DNA from: Verrucomicrobiales bacterium
Lineage (GTDB): Bacteria > Verrucomicrobiota > Verrucomicrobiia > Limisphaerales > UBA9464
DNA length: 64,000 nt
Assembly (NCBI GenBank): GCA_027490985.1
Contig: JAIXXC010000180.1
Location: forward strand, 11,174-75,173
Reading direction: 5' to 3'
The translations under genes were made by a program, and so were the position numbers. Below the pieces are notes generated by a model, which saw nothing but the letters and a program-made list of their open reading frames with translations, had not been told where the DNA came from and ran no database searches. Of the stretch, positions 50,539 through 60,750 are shown piece by piece; the first letter of the stretch is position 1; each line of letters opens with the position of its first letter.

Positions 50539-53500
50539 ATGAACCGCAATTCCCGAACCGGAGCGGCCTGGGGCCGCTGGGCGCTGATCCTGATCCTGAT
50601 CCTGTCTTTCCTGCCTGTCAGGGCGGGCAGTTTGTTGCGGGAGGTCTACAGCAACATCCCGGGCGTGACGTTGGACGCATTGACCAACAACCCGGCCTTC
50701 CCGACTTCCCCCTCGTCCACAAACCTGATCACCGATCTCTTCGAGGCACCCACCGACGTGGCCGACAATTATGGCCAGCGGGTGCGGGGTATCCTGACGG
50801 CGCCGTTGACCGGCAAATACACCTTCTGGATCGCGGGTGATGATTACGCCTCGCTGTACCTGAGCACCGACACGAGCCCCGAGAAGCGGCAGTGGATCGC
50901 CGGGGTTCCCGGATGGACCGGATCCCGGGAGTGGGGCAAGTACCCCGAGCAACAGAGCGCCCCGGTGGCGTTGGTCGCCGGTTCCCGTTACTACATCGAA
51001 GCCCTGCAGAAAGAGGAGGGGGGCGGCGACAATCTGGCCGTCCGGTGGGTGCGTCCGGATGGGGTGGACGAGGGTCCGATCCCGCTTGACGCCTTCGTGG
51101 CCTGGGGATTGAAGCCGGAGCCACCGCGGATCTCCCTTCAGCCGGTTCCCGTGACGGTCGACGAGCGGGGTTCGGCGACCTTCACCGTGGGGTACGACAA
51201 TCCGGGTGGGGCCGAGGTGACTTGGAAGCGCGATGGGATCCCCATCCCCCAGGCCTCGGGAGGCTCTTACACCCTCGAACCGGTGCGTTGGGCCGACAAC
51301 GGCGCGTTGTTTCAGGTGTTTCTCACCAATGCCCTGGGTTCCACCCAGTCGGTGGCCGTGGCGTTGACGGTGATCCCGGACACGGTGGCGCCGGAGGTGC
51401 GCCGGGTGTTCAACCTCGGTTTGACCAATGTGGTCGTCGAGTTCAGTGAGGCCGTCGGTGTTCCCTCGGGGGCTGTGGGCGAGGCCTTCAAGATCGATGG
51501 GGGGGCGACGGTGCGGTCGGTCGTCGCGGGAACGATTCCGACCCAGCTGGTGCTCGACGTGGGTGGGCTGGTCGAATCCACCCGGTATCGGATCACGATC
51601 AACGGGGTCCGCGACCAGTCGGCTCGCGCCAACGGGGTGAGTCCGAATACCGAGCGTGAGTTCTTCACCACCGACCTCGCCCCGGTCAATCTCGGGGGCA
51701 ATGACGCCCGCGCCACCACCGTTCAGTGGGTGGCCCGGGGCGGGTTCGACGTCTCGGCCCGAGGCGGCGACATCGGCGGCACCGTGGACTCGGCCGGGTT
51801 TGCGGCCCAGACCCTGACCGGCAATTTCGATCTTCGGGTCCGCGTCGATGGCCTCACCGTCACCGATCCCTATATGACGGCCGGACTGGTCGTCCGCTCG
51901 AGCACCGACGCCAATGCCACCTTCGCCGGGGCCTTTGCCGGTTCACCCACCATCGGGTGTTTCTTCAGGAGTCGAACCTCGACCGGGGCCAATGCCCCCA
52001 TGGTCGCACCCCGCGGCGGCTACCCGGCCAATTATCCGCAGACGTGGCTGCGTCTGCGCCGCGACGGCAACTCGATCGCGGCCTTCGGATCGTTCGATGG
52101 AACCCGCTGGACTTCGCTCGGTTCGGGCTCCATTGCGATGCCGAATGCCGTGCAGGTCGGCTTGACCGTGGGGGGGCGTGACACCAATGCCGTGGCGGTG
52201 GTTCGGTTCCGCGAGTACGGCACGGTGACCGGAGCCAGTGAGGTGGCCTATCAGCCCCGGCGTGAAGGCCTGGGGTTGTCCAGTCGCCGGACGCGGATCG
52301 TGTTCAGCGAAATCCAGTATCATCCGCAGACCCGTCCGGGAGAAGGGGCTCTGGAGTTCGTGGAGCTGTACAATGCCGGGGAGGTGTTCGAAGACCTTTC
52401 CCGTTGGAAGATCGAGGGCACGGTCCGCTTTCAATTCCCGGAAGGGTTCCGCCTGGGCGCGGGGCAGTTCGTGGTCGTGGCCAAGGATCCGGCCGCGGTG
52501 ATGGCCCGACAGGGGATCCGCGATGTCCTGGGGCCCTATTCCGGCAGCTTCAATGGTTCCGGAGGTCCGCTCGAACTGCGGGATGAACTCGGGGCGCAGA
52601 AATTGTCGATGGAGTTCACGACCCGCGATCCCTGGCCGGTCGCCGCCGACGGATCCGGTCATTCGCTGGTGCTCTCCAATCCGAGCTACGGCGAGGCCGA
52701 TCCCCGCGCGTGGTCTCCGAGCGCCGTCCGGGGCGGCAATCCCGGCCAGATGGATCCGGTGTCTCCGGAAGATCCGGCCGCGGGTGTGGTTCTCAACGAG
52801 ATCCTGGCCCACACCGACCTGCCGCAGCTCGACACGGTCGAACTCTACAACGGCGGCACCCAACCGGCCGATCTGTCCGGGTGCACGCTGACGGACGACG
52901 TGCGGACCAACCGCTTCCGCATGCCGCCGGGCACCGTGGTGCCGCCCGGTGGCTTTCTCGTGCTCGATGAGTCGACCCTCGGTTTTCGCCTCAGCGCGGC
53001 CGGGGAGACCGTCTGGCTCATCAGTTCGAATGGAGTGCGCGTCCTCGATGCCGTTCGTTTCGGGGGGCAGGAAAACGGAGTGGCCCTGGGTCGGACACCC
53101 GATGGGGCCGCCGGTTGGCGCCGTTTGGAATCGTTCACTCCGGGCAAGGCCAATGCCTCGCGCCGCCTCGAGGACGTGGTGCTCAACGAGCTCATGTACC
53201 ATCCGATTTCGGAGAACGACGACGAGGAGTTCGTCGAGTTGCACAATCGGTCGTCCCAACCGGTGGATCTGACGGGATGGCGTCTGCAGGACGGGGTGTC
53301 CTTCACCTTCCCGGCGGGAGCCTCGATCCCGGGTGGGGGCTATGTGGTCGTCGGTCGCAATGTCCAGCGTCTGCGGACCCAGCATGCGCAATTGACGGCG
53401 GCCAATTCCTTCGGCGATTGGTCCGGCTCGCTCCGGAATTCGGGCGAACGGTTGGCCTTGTCCAAGCCCGATCAGGTGCTTTCGACCAATGCGGTCGGCA

Positions 53501-56500
53501 CGGTCTCCGCCGAGACCCTCCACATCGTGGTCTCCGAGGTCTCCTATCGCGACGCCGGCCGATGGGGCCAGTGGTCGGGGGGTGGGGGTTCGTCCATGGA
53601 GTTGATCGACCCCCGCGCCGATCCGCTCAGGGCCTCCAGTTGGGCCGACTCGGATGAGACGGCCAAGGCGCAGTGGCAGCAGTTCACGCTGACCGACACG
53701 CTCCGCTTCAGCACCCAGGCCGCCACCCGCCTTCAGTTGGGCATGCTGGGGGCCGGCGAATGCCTGCTCGATCAGGTGGAAGTCCTCAATGCCGCCGGCA
53801 CCGCGATCCTGACCAACGGAGGATTCGAAACGGGTTCGGGCACCTCGGCGACCGGTTGGTCGTTCTTGGGACATCACCGCCGCTCTCGCATCGAATCGTC
53901 TGGAGCCTTCGAGGGGAGTCGCGTCTTGCGCGTCATCGCGCCGGGTGATCTCGATGCCGGCCGCAACTGCATCCGGGCCCCGTTGTCGGGAAGCCTGAAC
54001 AACGGATCGCGGATGACCCTGAATGTCCGGGCCCGGTGGCAGGCCGGATGGCCCGAAGTGTTGTTCCGGACCCGCGGTGGTGGCTTTGAAATGACGGCCC
54101 GACTGCCGGTGCCCACCAATCTGGGGACGCCGGGTCTGCCCAACAGCCGCCGGGTCGCCAATGCCGGCCCGTCGATCGACCTGGTCCGTCACACCCCCGC
54201 CGTCCCCGCGGCGGGACAGCCGGTGGTGGTCACCGCGCGGGTATCCGATCCCGATGGTCTGAGCTCGGTGAGCCTGCGGTTCCGGACCGTCGAGACGGCC
54301 AGCTTCTCCTCGATCGCCATGCGCGACGACGGCACGGCGGGCGACGCGATCGCGGGTGACGGAATCTGGTCGGGAACCTTGGCGGCGCGCGGCTCCGGTG
54401 AGCTGGTCCAGTTCATCGTCGAGGCCTACGACAACGCCAGCTCGACGGCGTCGACGGTGTTCCCGAGCGGGTCGGTCGTCGCGGGTCTGGCTCCGGTGAG
54501 CGGGGCCAACATCCGGTGGGGGGATCCGGTCCCCGTGGGCAGTTTCAATCACGTCCACGCCTGGCTGACCTCGAACCAGAACAACCTGCTGAGCAACGGC
54601 CAGGACTCGCCCCTGGTGGGCGGACTCGACAACACCTTCCGCGATTGCACGCTCGTCCACGGAAACCTGCGCGTGATCTACAATGCCGGCATCCGCCGCA
54701 AGGGGAGTCCGTTCACCGGGCAGGCCGATTATGCGCTGACGGTGCCCGGCGATGACCTGCTGCTCGGGACCCGCGATCGGGTGTTCGGACTGACGGGCAA
54801 CGGGGGTGAAGAGGAGACCCGGATGCGCAACCAGATCGCCAACTGGGTCGCCCGCAAGATGGGGTTGCCCTACCTCAACACGGCCTACATGCGGTTCTAT
54901 CGCAATGGCTCCCCCTTCGGCAGCGTGGCCGAGGATCTGGAGCAACCGTCCAACGAGTATGCCGAATCCTGGTATCCGGACGGGGGATCGGGCGACTTGC
55001 GCAAGGTGGCTTTCGCCTTCGAGTTCGATGATTCGGGCGGGTTCGCGCCCACGGGCGCGGATCTGGGCGTCTACAAGAACCCCAACGGCCAATACAACCT
55101 CTCGAGGTACCGCTACAACTGGCAGGGGCGTCCCACCGGCACCACCGCCAATGACTTCACCCACTTCTTCGCGATGGTCACCGCGGCCAACGATCGCACC
55201 GCGAACTTCATCCCGAACCTGCTCAACATCGCCGACATCAACCAGTGGATGCGGACCTTCGCCCTCGATGGATGCCTGGGGAACTGGGACACCTGGGGCA
55301 CGGGCAACTCGCAGAACAAATTCATCTATTTCCAGCCGGGAGGCCGCTGGCGGATCCTGCCCTGGGACATGGACTGGGTGCTCGGGGTCGGTGATCCGAC
55401 CAATCGACGCCTCTTCGGCGGCAATGATCCGGCGGTCAATGTGATGTTCGATACCCCCCTCTTCCAGCGCATGGCTTGGAGGGCCTATCAGGACGCCGTG
55501 AGCGGTCCCCTCAGCACCAATCAGTTCCAACCGCAATTCACGGCCCGGAGTGCGGCGCTGGCGTTCAATGGCGTCACGGGAATCTCGTCTCCGTCGGTGA
55601 TCGCCTCGTACCTGAACGGTCGGCGCACCTACCTCAACAGCCAGATCCAGGCGTCCGACGCCAAGTCGTTCGCCATCACCAGCAACGGTGGCAACAATTT
55701 CACGTCGTCGACCCCCGTGGCTGTCATCGAAGGCACCGCCCCCTTTGCCACGGCGGCGATCGAGGTCAACGGAATCCCCATGCCCCTGGAGTGGACGACC
55801 CTTCAGAACTTCCGCATCCGGGTGCCACTGGTGGGGCTCACCAACGTGCTGAATCTGGTGGCCGTGCGGGCCGACGGCACCCCGGTGTCGGGAATGACCG
55901 ATTCGGTGACCGTCCGCTACACCGGGGTGGTCCAACAGGCCGCCGATTACGTGGGCATCCATGAGATCCATTACAACCCGCTGGAGCCGGGTGCCTCGTT
56001 CGTGGAGTTGTTCAACCGGTCTCTTTCGACGTCGTTCGACCTGTCCGGATGCCGTCTCAACGGGGTGGACTACACCTTCCCGGAGGGGGCGGTGATGCCC
56101 CCCTCGACCTATTGGGTGCTCGTGCGCGACCGGGCGGCATTCGTGATGGCCTTCGGGGCCGGTGTCCGGATCTTCGATGAATTCGCCGGATCTCTGGACA
56201 ACGGCGGTGAACGGCTTTCGTTGGTCCGGGGAACCGGCTCCAACGAGGTGGTGATCAGCGAGGTCCGCTACGACAACGCCCCCCCGTGGCCCTCCCAGGC
56301 CGAGGGGTTGGGGTCTTCGCTCCAGCGCATCGACGCTTCTCAAACCGCATGGCGGGTGGGCAACTGGATGGCCGCCGAGACCAACAGCGTCAACCGGGTG
56401 ACGCCCGGCAGGGCCAATGCGGGAGCCGGCGGTCTGGTCGCCTTTCCGTCCTTGTGGATCAACGAGGTGCTGCCATCGAACACGGCCGGCCCCAAAGACA

Positions 56501-59500
56501 ACGCCGGTGATCGGGACCCGTACCTCGAGATCTTCAATGCCGGCAGCAACGATCTGGATCTCGGGGGCTACTTCCTGACCGACACATGGACCAACCGGTT
56601 GGCCTGGTCGTTTCCGTTCGGGTCGGTGGTCCCCGCCGGAGGATTCCTCACCGTTTGGGCCGATGGGGAGCCCGGAGAGGCTGCCGCAGGCATTCCGCAC
56701 ACCTCCTTCCGCTTGTCGCCCACCAATGGGGTGGTGGCGCTGATCCGCGACGAAGGCGGAACCACCGGGACCACCGTGTTGGACTTCCTCTCGTGGCGGT
56801 CCCTTCCCCCGGATCGGGCCTTGGGATTGATTCCCGACGGCACGGCCCGCAATGCGCAGACGCTCTTCTATCCGACGCCGGGAGCGACCAATGACGCCTC
56901 GTTCCCCGATTTTCGGGTCACGATCAACGAGATCATGGCCCAGAACACGACGGCCGTGATGGATCCGTCGGATGGGCAATACGAGGATTGGTTCGAGTTG
57001 TACAACGGTGGCACCAACACGGTGGACCTGAGCGGGTTCTACCTGACCGATCGGCTGACCAATTCGGTGTCGGCGATGTTCCGCATTCCCGCGGGATATC
57101 CGATTCCGGCCGGGGGCTTCCTGCGCATCTGGGCCGACAATGAAACCGGCCAGAACAAACCCGGCTCCCCGGACCTGCATGTGAACTTCTCGCTGTCGCG
57201 GGAGGGGGAGCAGGTCGGGTTGTTCGATCCGCGCGGAGTCCTGGTCGATGGGATCTCGTTCGGCGCTCAAACCAACGACGTGTCCCTGGGGCGATTCCCG
57301 GATGGCGGGCCCGAACCGCTCTATTTCATGGCGGTCCCCACGCCGGGATCACCCAACGCGCTGGCGGGTGGTAATCGGCCGCCGGTCTTCGCGCCGGTGA
57401 TGCCCATGGTTGCTCCGGAGCAGGTGCTGATCGCGTTCACCGTGAGTGCGCTCGATCCGGACGCGGGACAGGTCGTTTCCTATTCCCTCGGAGCCGACGC
57501 CCCTCCGGGCACGGTGATCGATCCGAACACCGGGCGGTTCCAGTGGCTGCCGTCGGAAACCGACGGCCCCGGCGATTACAGTTTTCTGGTCCGAGCCTCC
57601 GACAACGGGTCGCCTGTCCGAACCAGCCTCCTGCGGGTTCAACTGACGGTCAGTGAGGTCAACCAGGCGCCGACCCTACCGGCCGAAGTGACTCTGGAGG
57701 CCAAAGAGGGGATCGAGTTCACGGCCCGTCTCGAGGCGTCCGATGCCGATCGACCCGCGCAGACGCTGACCTTCGAGTCCGAGGGAGTCCTGCCGCCCGG
57801 CCTGACGCTCTCGCCTCAGGGCCAGATTCTCTGGACTCCCGATGAGAGCCTCGGGGGAACCCTTCAGACCGTGGCCTATCGGGTTCGCGATACCGGAGTG
57901 CCCTCGCTCTCGGTTTCCGGAGTGCTCCGGATCCGGGTGTTGGAGATCAACAATGCGCCGGCCTTCGAGGCGCCTGGCGCCCAGAAGCTGATCGAGGGGA
58001 CGCCGTGGAATCTCAGCCTGAAAGCAACGGATCCGGAAGGGACTCCGGTCCGATTCCAGGTGGATGGACCAGCCCCGGAAGGGTTCGTTCTCAGTCCTCA
58101 GACCGGTGCCGCCAGTTGGACCCCGACCGAAGCCCAGGGGCCTGCCAGTGTGGTGGTGCTGGTCCGGGCCGTCGACGGTTCGGCCGAGGCGCTCTCGGTG
58201 GTGCGTGAACTCCTCTTGGAGGTCGCCGAGGCCAATCAACCGCCGACCTTGGCCCCGATCGCCCCGCAGACGGTCGAGGAGGGGCGAAGCCTGAGCATCA
58301 CGCTCGTGGCCGACGATCCGGACCTGCCGGCGCAGACCCTGCGGTTTTCGCTCGAGCCCGGAGCGCCCGCCGGGGCGGTTGTCGATCCGGTGAGCGGCCT
58401 GTTCCAGTGGACGCCCGACGAGGATGCGGGGGGCTCGATCCAAGCGGTCACGGTCCGTGTGACCGATGACGGGCCGGGAGCCTTGAGCGCGACGCGTCGC
58501 TTCGAGATCACCGTTCGGCCCCGCTTCACGGTGGTCTTCTCGGAGATCCTCCGGAAATCCACCCCGGCCGGCGGGGAGTTCATCGAACTCTTCAACCGCT
58601 CGGCCCGCACCGCCTGGGATTTGTCCGGACTGCGCCTGACGGGCAGCAACCTGAGTTTCACCTTCCCCGCCGGAACCACCGTGGCTCCGGGAGGGCGGGT
58701 GCTGGTGGTCGGCAGTCGGAGCGGGATGATCGCAGCCTTCGGTCTCTTCCCCGGTGTCGTCGGAGAATGGGCGGGCACCCTGGGGCCGGTGGCCGATTCG
58801 CTGCGCCTCCTGCGTCCGTCGGGCAACACGGCGCCGGAGGCCGTGCTGGATCGGGTGGACTACGACGGCATCGCCCCGTGGCCCTCCGGGACCGCGGGCC
58901 CCAATCGCTCGCTCCAACTCGTTGATGCCCGGCAGGATCGCAATCGTCCGAGCAACTGGGCCGAGGCCTCGGCCTTCCAGGGCAGTCGGACCGTCCTCGG
59001 GTTCACCGACTCGTGGAAGTACTTCCAGGACGGAGCCCCGGCCGGGGGTACCAACTGGGTCACCCCGGGCTTCAACGACACGGCCTGGCCCAGCGGCGGG
59101 GGGCTTCTGTACGTCGAGTCGGCCGCCCTGGCGACCAACAAGACCACCGCCCTCACCCTCGGACAACCGACCTACTACTTCCGCCGCAAGGTGACGATTC
59201 CGGCGTTGACCGCCGGAGTGACGGTTCGCTTCCGGGTGATGTTGGATGATGGCTATGTGCTCTGGATCAATGGCCGCCGCGCGCATTTCCTGGGCATGGA
59301 CGACGTCGTGGTGACCCACGACACCTTCGCCAACCGGACGGTCAGTGATGCGGCGATCGAGGGCCCCTTCACCTTGCCTTCGGAGTTCCTGGTCGCGGGC
59401 GAGAACACCTTCGCCGTCGAGGTGCATCAGGCCAATCTTGGGAGTTCCGATCTTGTGTTCGGATTCGAGATGACCTTGGAGGGCGGCGACGGGGCGACCC

Positions 59501-60231
59501 TCACTCCGGGGGCGGCCAACACCGTCTCGGCGGTTCTGCCGCCCTTCCCGACGTTGCGCATCAACGAGGCACTGGCTCGCAACGCCCTTGGGCTGAAGGA
59601 CGCCAGCGGCAAGGCCGAGCCGTGGATCGAGTTGGTCAACACCGGTGATGCCCCGGTGTCGTTCGATGGGCTGTTCCTCTCCGACTCGGTCACCGGAACC
59701 AATCGCTGGGCCTTGCCGCCCTCGGGGGTTGTGGCGCCGGGAGCTTTCCGTGTGGTCTTTGCCGACGGGGAGTCCCTGCAGACGACCCCCTCCGAATGGC
59801 ATGCCTCCTTCCGGTTGCCGACGGCGGCGGGTTCCCCGTTCCAGATCCTGCTGGGCCGGGAGGTGGGGGGCGTGTTCCAGGCGGTGGATGTGTTCCGGGG
59901 TTCTGTGGACGCGGCCGACGACCGTTCCTGGGCCCTCCAGACCGACGGGGATCCGTTGACGGCCGCCGCGGGCACACCGACCCCGGGTGCGGCCAATCGG
60001 GTTTCGCTGGCCCCGCGCCTCGAGGTCTTGGATTTCCTGGCCGACGGCACCCTCCGGTTGGTCCTGCGCGGCACGCCCGGGCGTCGCTATCGGTTGGAGC
60101 GGGGCGGCGTGTTGGGGGTGTGGAGCGCGATCCAGGAGGTGGGCGCCGGGGACGCGGCCACGGTGCTCCTCGATCCGGGTTCCGAAGGCAGCGCCAGCCG
60201 GTTCTACCGGGTGATCGACATCACCCCGTGA
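50539..60231 (+). CDS. Giant secreted multidomain protein (3230 aa): PA14 + Ig-like + 8 lamin-tail domains + CotH + 4 cadherin-like repeats
   Basis: ATG 50539 with signal peptide 'WALILILILSFLPVRAGS'. Approximate domain map: PA14 50632-51108; Ig-like 51124-51672; LamG/DUF1349-like 51706-52218; CBM-like 53656-54108; CotH 54166-55638 ('ILPWDMDWVLG', 'AYMRFYRNGSPFG'); cadherin-like 57373-58518; galactose-binding-like 58996-59478. LTDs are recognised by '(V/I)xx(N/S)E(I/L)...(F/W)(V/I/L)E(L/I)(Y/F/H/V)N' at about 52294, 52783, 53173, 55951, 56446, 56911, 58525 and 59548. The reading frame is uninterrupted over 9.7 kb. Confidence 0.9.
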   Translation: MNRNSRTGAAWGRWALILILILSFLPVRAGSLLREVYSNIPGVTLDALTNNPAFPTSPSSTNLITDLFEAPTDVADNYGQRVRGILTAPLTGKYTFWIAGDDYASLYLSTDTSPEKRQWIAGVPGWTGSREWGKYPEQQSAPVALVAGSRYYIEALQKEEGGGDNLAVRWVRPDGVDEGPIPLDAFVAWGLKPEPPRISLQPVPVTVDERGSATFTVGYDNPGGAEVTWKRDGIPIPQASGGSYTLEPVRWADNGALFQVFLTNALGSTQSVAVALTVIPDTVAPEVRRVFNLGLTNVVVEFSEAVGVPSGAVGEAFKIDGGATVRSVVAGTIPTQLVLDVGGLVESTRYRITINGVRDQSARANGVSPNTEREFFTTDLAPVNLGGNDARATTVQWVARGGFDVSARGGDIGGTVDSAGFAAQTLTGNFDLRVRVDGLTVTDPYMTAGLVVRSSTDANATFAGAFAGSPTIGCFFRSRTSTGANAPMVAPRGGYPANYPQTWLRLRRDGNSIAAFGSFDGTRWTSLGSGSIAMPNAVQVGLTVGGRDTNAVAVVRFREYGTVTGASEVAYQPRREGLGLSSRRTRIVFSEIQYHPQTRPGEGALEFVELYNAGEVFEDLSRWKIEGTVRFQFPEGFRLGAGQFVVVAKDPAAVMARQGIRDVLGPYSGSFNGSGGPLELRDELGAQKLSMEFTTRDPWPVAADGSGHSLVLSNPSYGEADPRAWSPSAVRGGNPGQMDPVSPEDPAAGVVLNEILAHTDLPQLDTVELYNGGTQPADLSGCTLTDDVRTNRFRMPPGTVVPPGGFLVLDESTLGFRLSAAGETVWLISSNGVRVLDAVRFGGQENGVALGRTPDGAAGWRRLESFTPGKANASRRLEDVVLNELMYHPISENDDEEFVELHNRSSQPVDLTGWRLQDGVSFTFPAGASIPGGGYVVVGRNVQRLRTQHAQLTAANSFGDWSGSLRNSGERLALSKPDQVLSTNAVGTVSAETLHIVVSEVSYRDAGRWGQWSGGGGSSMELIDPRADPLRASSWADSDETAKAQWQQFTLTDTLRFSTQAATRLQLGMLGAGECLLDQVEVLNAAGTAILTNGGFETGSGTSATGWSFLGHHRRSRIESSGAFEGSRVLRVIAPGDLDAGRNCIRAPLSGSLNNGSRMTLNVRARWQAGWPEVLFRTRGGGFEMTARLPVPTNLGTPGLPNSRRVANAGPSIDLVRHTPAVPAAGQPVVVTARVSDPDGLSSVSLRFRTVETASFSSIAMRDDGTAGDAIAGDGIWSGTLAARGSGELVQFIVEAYDNASSTASTVFPSGSVVAGLAPVSGANIRWGDPVPVGSFNHVHAWLTSNQNNLLSNGQDSPLVGGLDNTFRDCTLVHGNLRVIYNAGIRRKGSPFTGQADYALTVPGDDLLLGTRDRVFGLTGNGGEEETRMRNQIANWVARKMGLPYLNTAYMRFYRNGSPFGSVAEDLEQPSNEYAESWYPDGGSGDLRKVAFAFEFDDSGGFAPTGADLGVYKNPNGQYNLSRYRYNWQGRPTGTTANDFTHFFAMVTAANDRTANFIPNLLNIADINQWMRTFALDGCLGNWDTWGTGNSQNKFIYFQPGGRWRILPWDMDWVLGVGDPTNRRLFGGNDPAVNVMFDTPLFQRMAWRAYQDAVSGPLSTNQFQPQFTARSAALAFNGVTGISSPSVIASYLNGRRTYLNSQIQASDAKSFAITSNGGNNFTSSTPVAVIEGTAPFATAAIEVNGIPMPLEWTTLQNFRIRVPLVGLTNVLNLVAVRADGTPVSGMTDSVTVRYTGVVQQAADYVGIHEIHYNPLEPGASFVELFNRSLSTSFDLSGCRLNGVDYTFPEGAVMPPSTYWVLVRDRAAFVMAFGAGVRIFDEFAGSLDNGGERLSLVRGTGSNEVVISEVRYDNAPPWPSQAEGLGSSLQRIDASQTAWRVGNWMAAETNSVNRVTPGRANAGAGGLVAFPSLWINEVLPSNTAGPKDNAGDRDPYLEIFNAGSNDLDLGGYFLTDTWTNRLAWSFPFGSVVPAGGFLTVWADGEPGEAAAGIPHTSFRLSPTNGVVALIRDEGGTTGTTVLDFLSWRSLPPDRALGLIPDGTARNAQTLFYPTPGATNDASFPDFRVTINEIMAQNTTAVMDPSDGQYEDWFELYNGGTNTVDLSGFYLTDRLTNSVSAMFRIPAGYPIPAGGFLRIWADNETGQNKPGSPDLHVNFSLSREGEQVGLFDPRGVLVDGISFGAQTNDVSLGRFPDGGPEPLYFMAVPTPGSPNALAGGNRPPVFAPVMPMVAPEQVLIAFTVSALDPDAGQVVSYSLGADAPPGTVIDPNTGRFQWLPSETDGPGDYSFLVRASDNGSPVRTSLLRVQLTVSEVNQAPTLPAEVTLEAKEGIEFTARLEASDADRPAQTLTFESEGVLPPGLTLSPQGQILWTPDESLGGTLQTVAYRVRDTGVPSLSVSGVLRIRVLEINNAPAFEAPGAQKLIEGTPWNLSLKATDPEGTPVRFQVDGPAPEGFVLSPQTGAASWTPTEAQGPASVVVLVRAVDGSAEALSVVRELLLEVAEANQPPTLAPIAPQTVEEGRSLSITLVADDPDLPAQTLRFSLEPGAPAGAVVDPVSGLFQWTPDEDAGGSIQAVTVRVTDDGPGALSATRRFEITVRPRFTVVFSEILRKSTPAGGEFIELFNRSARTAWDLSGLRLTGSNLSFTFPAGTTVAPGGRVLVVGSRSGMIAAFGLFPGVVGEWAGTLGPVADSLRLLRPSGNTAPEAVLDRVDYDGIAPWPSGTAGPNRSLQLVDARQDRNRPSNWAEASAFQGSRTVLGFTDSWKYFQDGAPAGGTNWVTPGFNDTAWPSGGGLLYVESAALATNKTTALTLGQPTYYFRRKVTIPALTAGVTVRFRVMLDDGYVLWINGRRAHFLGMDDVVVTHDTFANRTVSDAAIEGPFTLPSEFLVAGENTFAVEVHQANLGSSDLVFGFEMTLEGGDGATLTPGAANTVSAVLPPFPTLRINEALARNALGLKDASGKAEPWIELVNTGDAPVSFDGLFLSDSVTGTNRWALPPSGVVAPGAFRVVFADGESLQTTPSEWHASFRLPTAAGSPFQILLGREVGGVFQAVDVFRGSVDAADDRSWALQTDGDPLTAAAGTPTPGAANRVSLAPRLEVLDFLADGTLRLVLRGTPGRRYRLERGGVLGVWSAIQEVGAGDAATVLLDPGSEGSASRFYRVIDITP
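57373..58518 (+). repeat. Four tandem ~96-aa cadherin-like/Ig domain repeats inside the giant CDS
   Basis: Repeat boundaries 'NRPPVF', 'NQAPTL', 'NNAPAF' and 'NQPPTL' at ORF residues 2319, 2415, 2511 and 2606 (spacing 96/96/95 aa). Each unit carries '...DPD/DAD...Q/TL.F/YSL...G..ID/LSP.TG.F.WTP...'. Confidence 0.7.
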
Positions 60232-60259
60232 CCGCGGGTCCACCGAACTCGGGCGGCTC

Positions 60260-60724
60260 ATGTCGGGCTTCACGGAATTGACGGGTTGGAGGCTCGCCGG
60301 ACTGGTTCTGGTGGGCATTCCACTGGTCTGGTGGATCTGGGAGTCGCGCTGGGATGCCCGGTTGTTCAACCCTCAACCCGGGTGTCGGTATGAGAACCGG
60401 AGCGCCCGGCAGGCGGCGGCGTTGCTGGTCGGATGCCCCGAACTTCAGGTCTTGGATGTCAGGACCGCTCGGGAAACGGCTCAGGGCACCTTGCCGGGGG
60501 CGCGTCGGATCACCTGGGGTGAACCCGGTTTTCGAGAACAGGTGGCCCGCATGGATCGCGATCGGCCCGTGCTGGTCTATTGCGCCGGTGGATACCGGAG
60601 CCGGAAGTCGGTCGAGGTGCTGCGTTCGTTGGGTTTCAAATCGGTGCATCATCTGCACCGGGGTATGCTGGCCTGGCGCCGGTCGGGGCAGGGAGTGGTG
60701 CCTCCCGCGGTCGACGCCGTGTGA
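60260..60724 (+). CDS. Membrane-anchored rhodanese-domain protein
   Basis: N-terminal TM helix 'LAGLVLVGIPLVWWIW'. Rhodanese core 'LQVLDVRTARE' and active-site loop 'VYCAGGYRS'. Starts 28 nt after the giant gene. Confidence 0.85.
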   Translation: MSGFTELTGWRLAGLVLVGIPLVWWIWESRWDARLFNPQPGCRYENRSARQAAALLVGCPELQVLDVRTARETAQGTLPGARRITWGEPGFREQVARMDRDRPVLVYCAGGYRSRKSVEVLRSLGFKSVHHLHRGMLAWRRSGQGVVPPAVDAV

Positions 60725-60750
60725 GCCCGGGGGCGACGACTGCGGGTGCG

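Noticed and set aside
51943-60369. Two very long - strand ORFs (1775 aa at 51943-57270 and 897 aa at 57676-60369) opposite the giant gene
   Set aside because: The + strand frame carries coherent, repeated domain signatures (LTD, CotH, cadherin-like) and a signal peptide. The - strand translations are R/G/P/H-rich low-information sequence.
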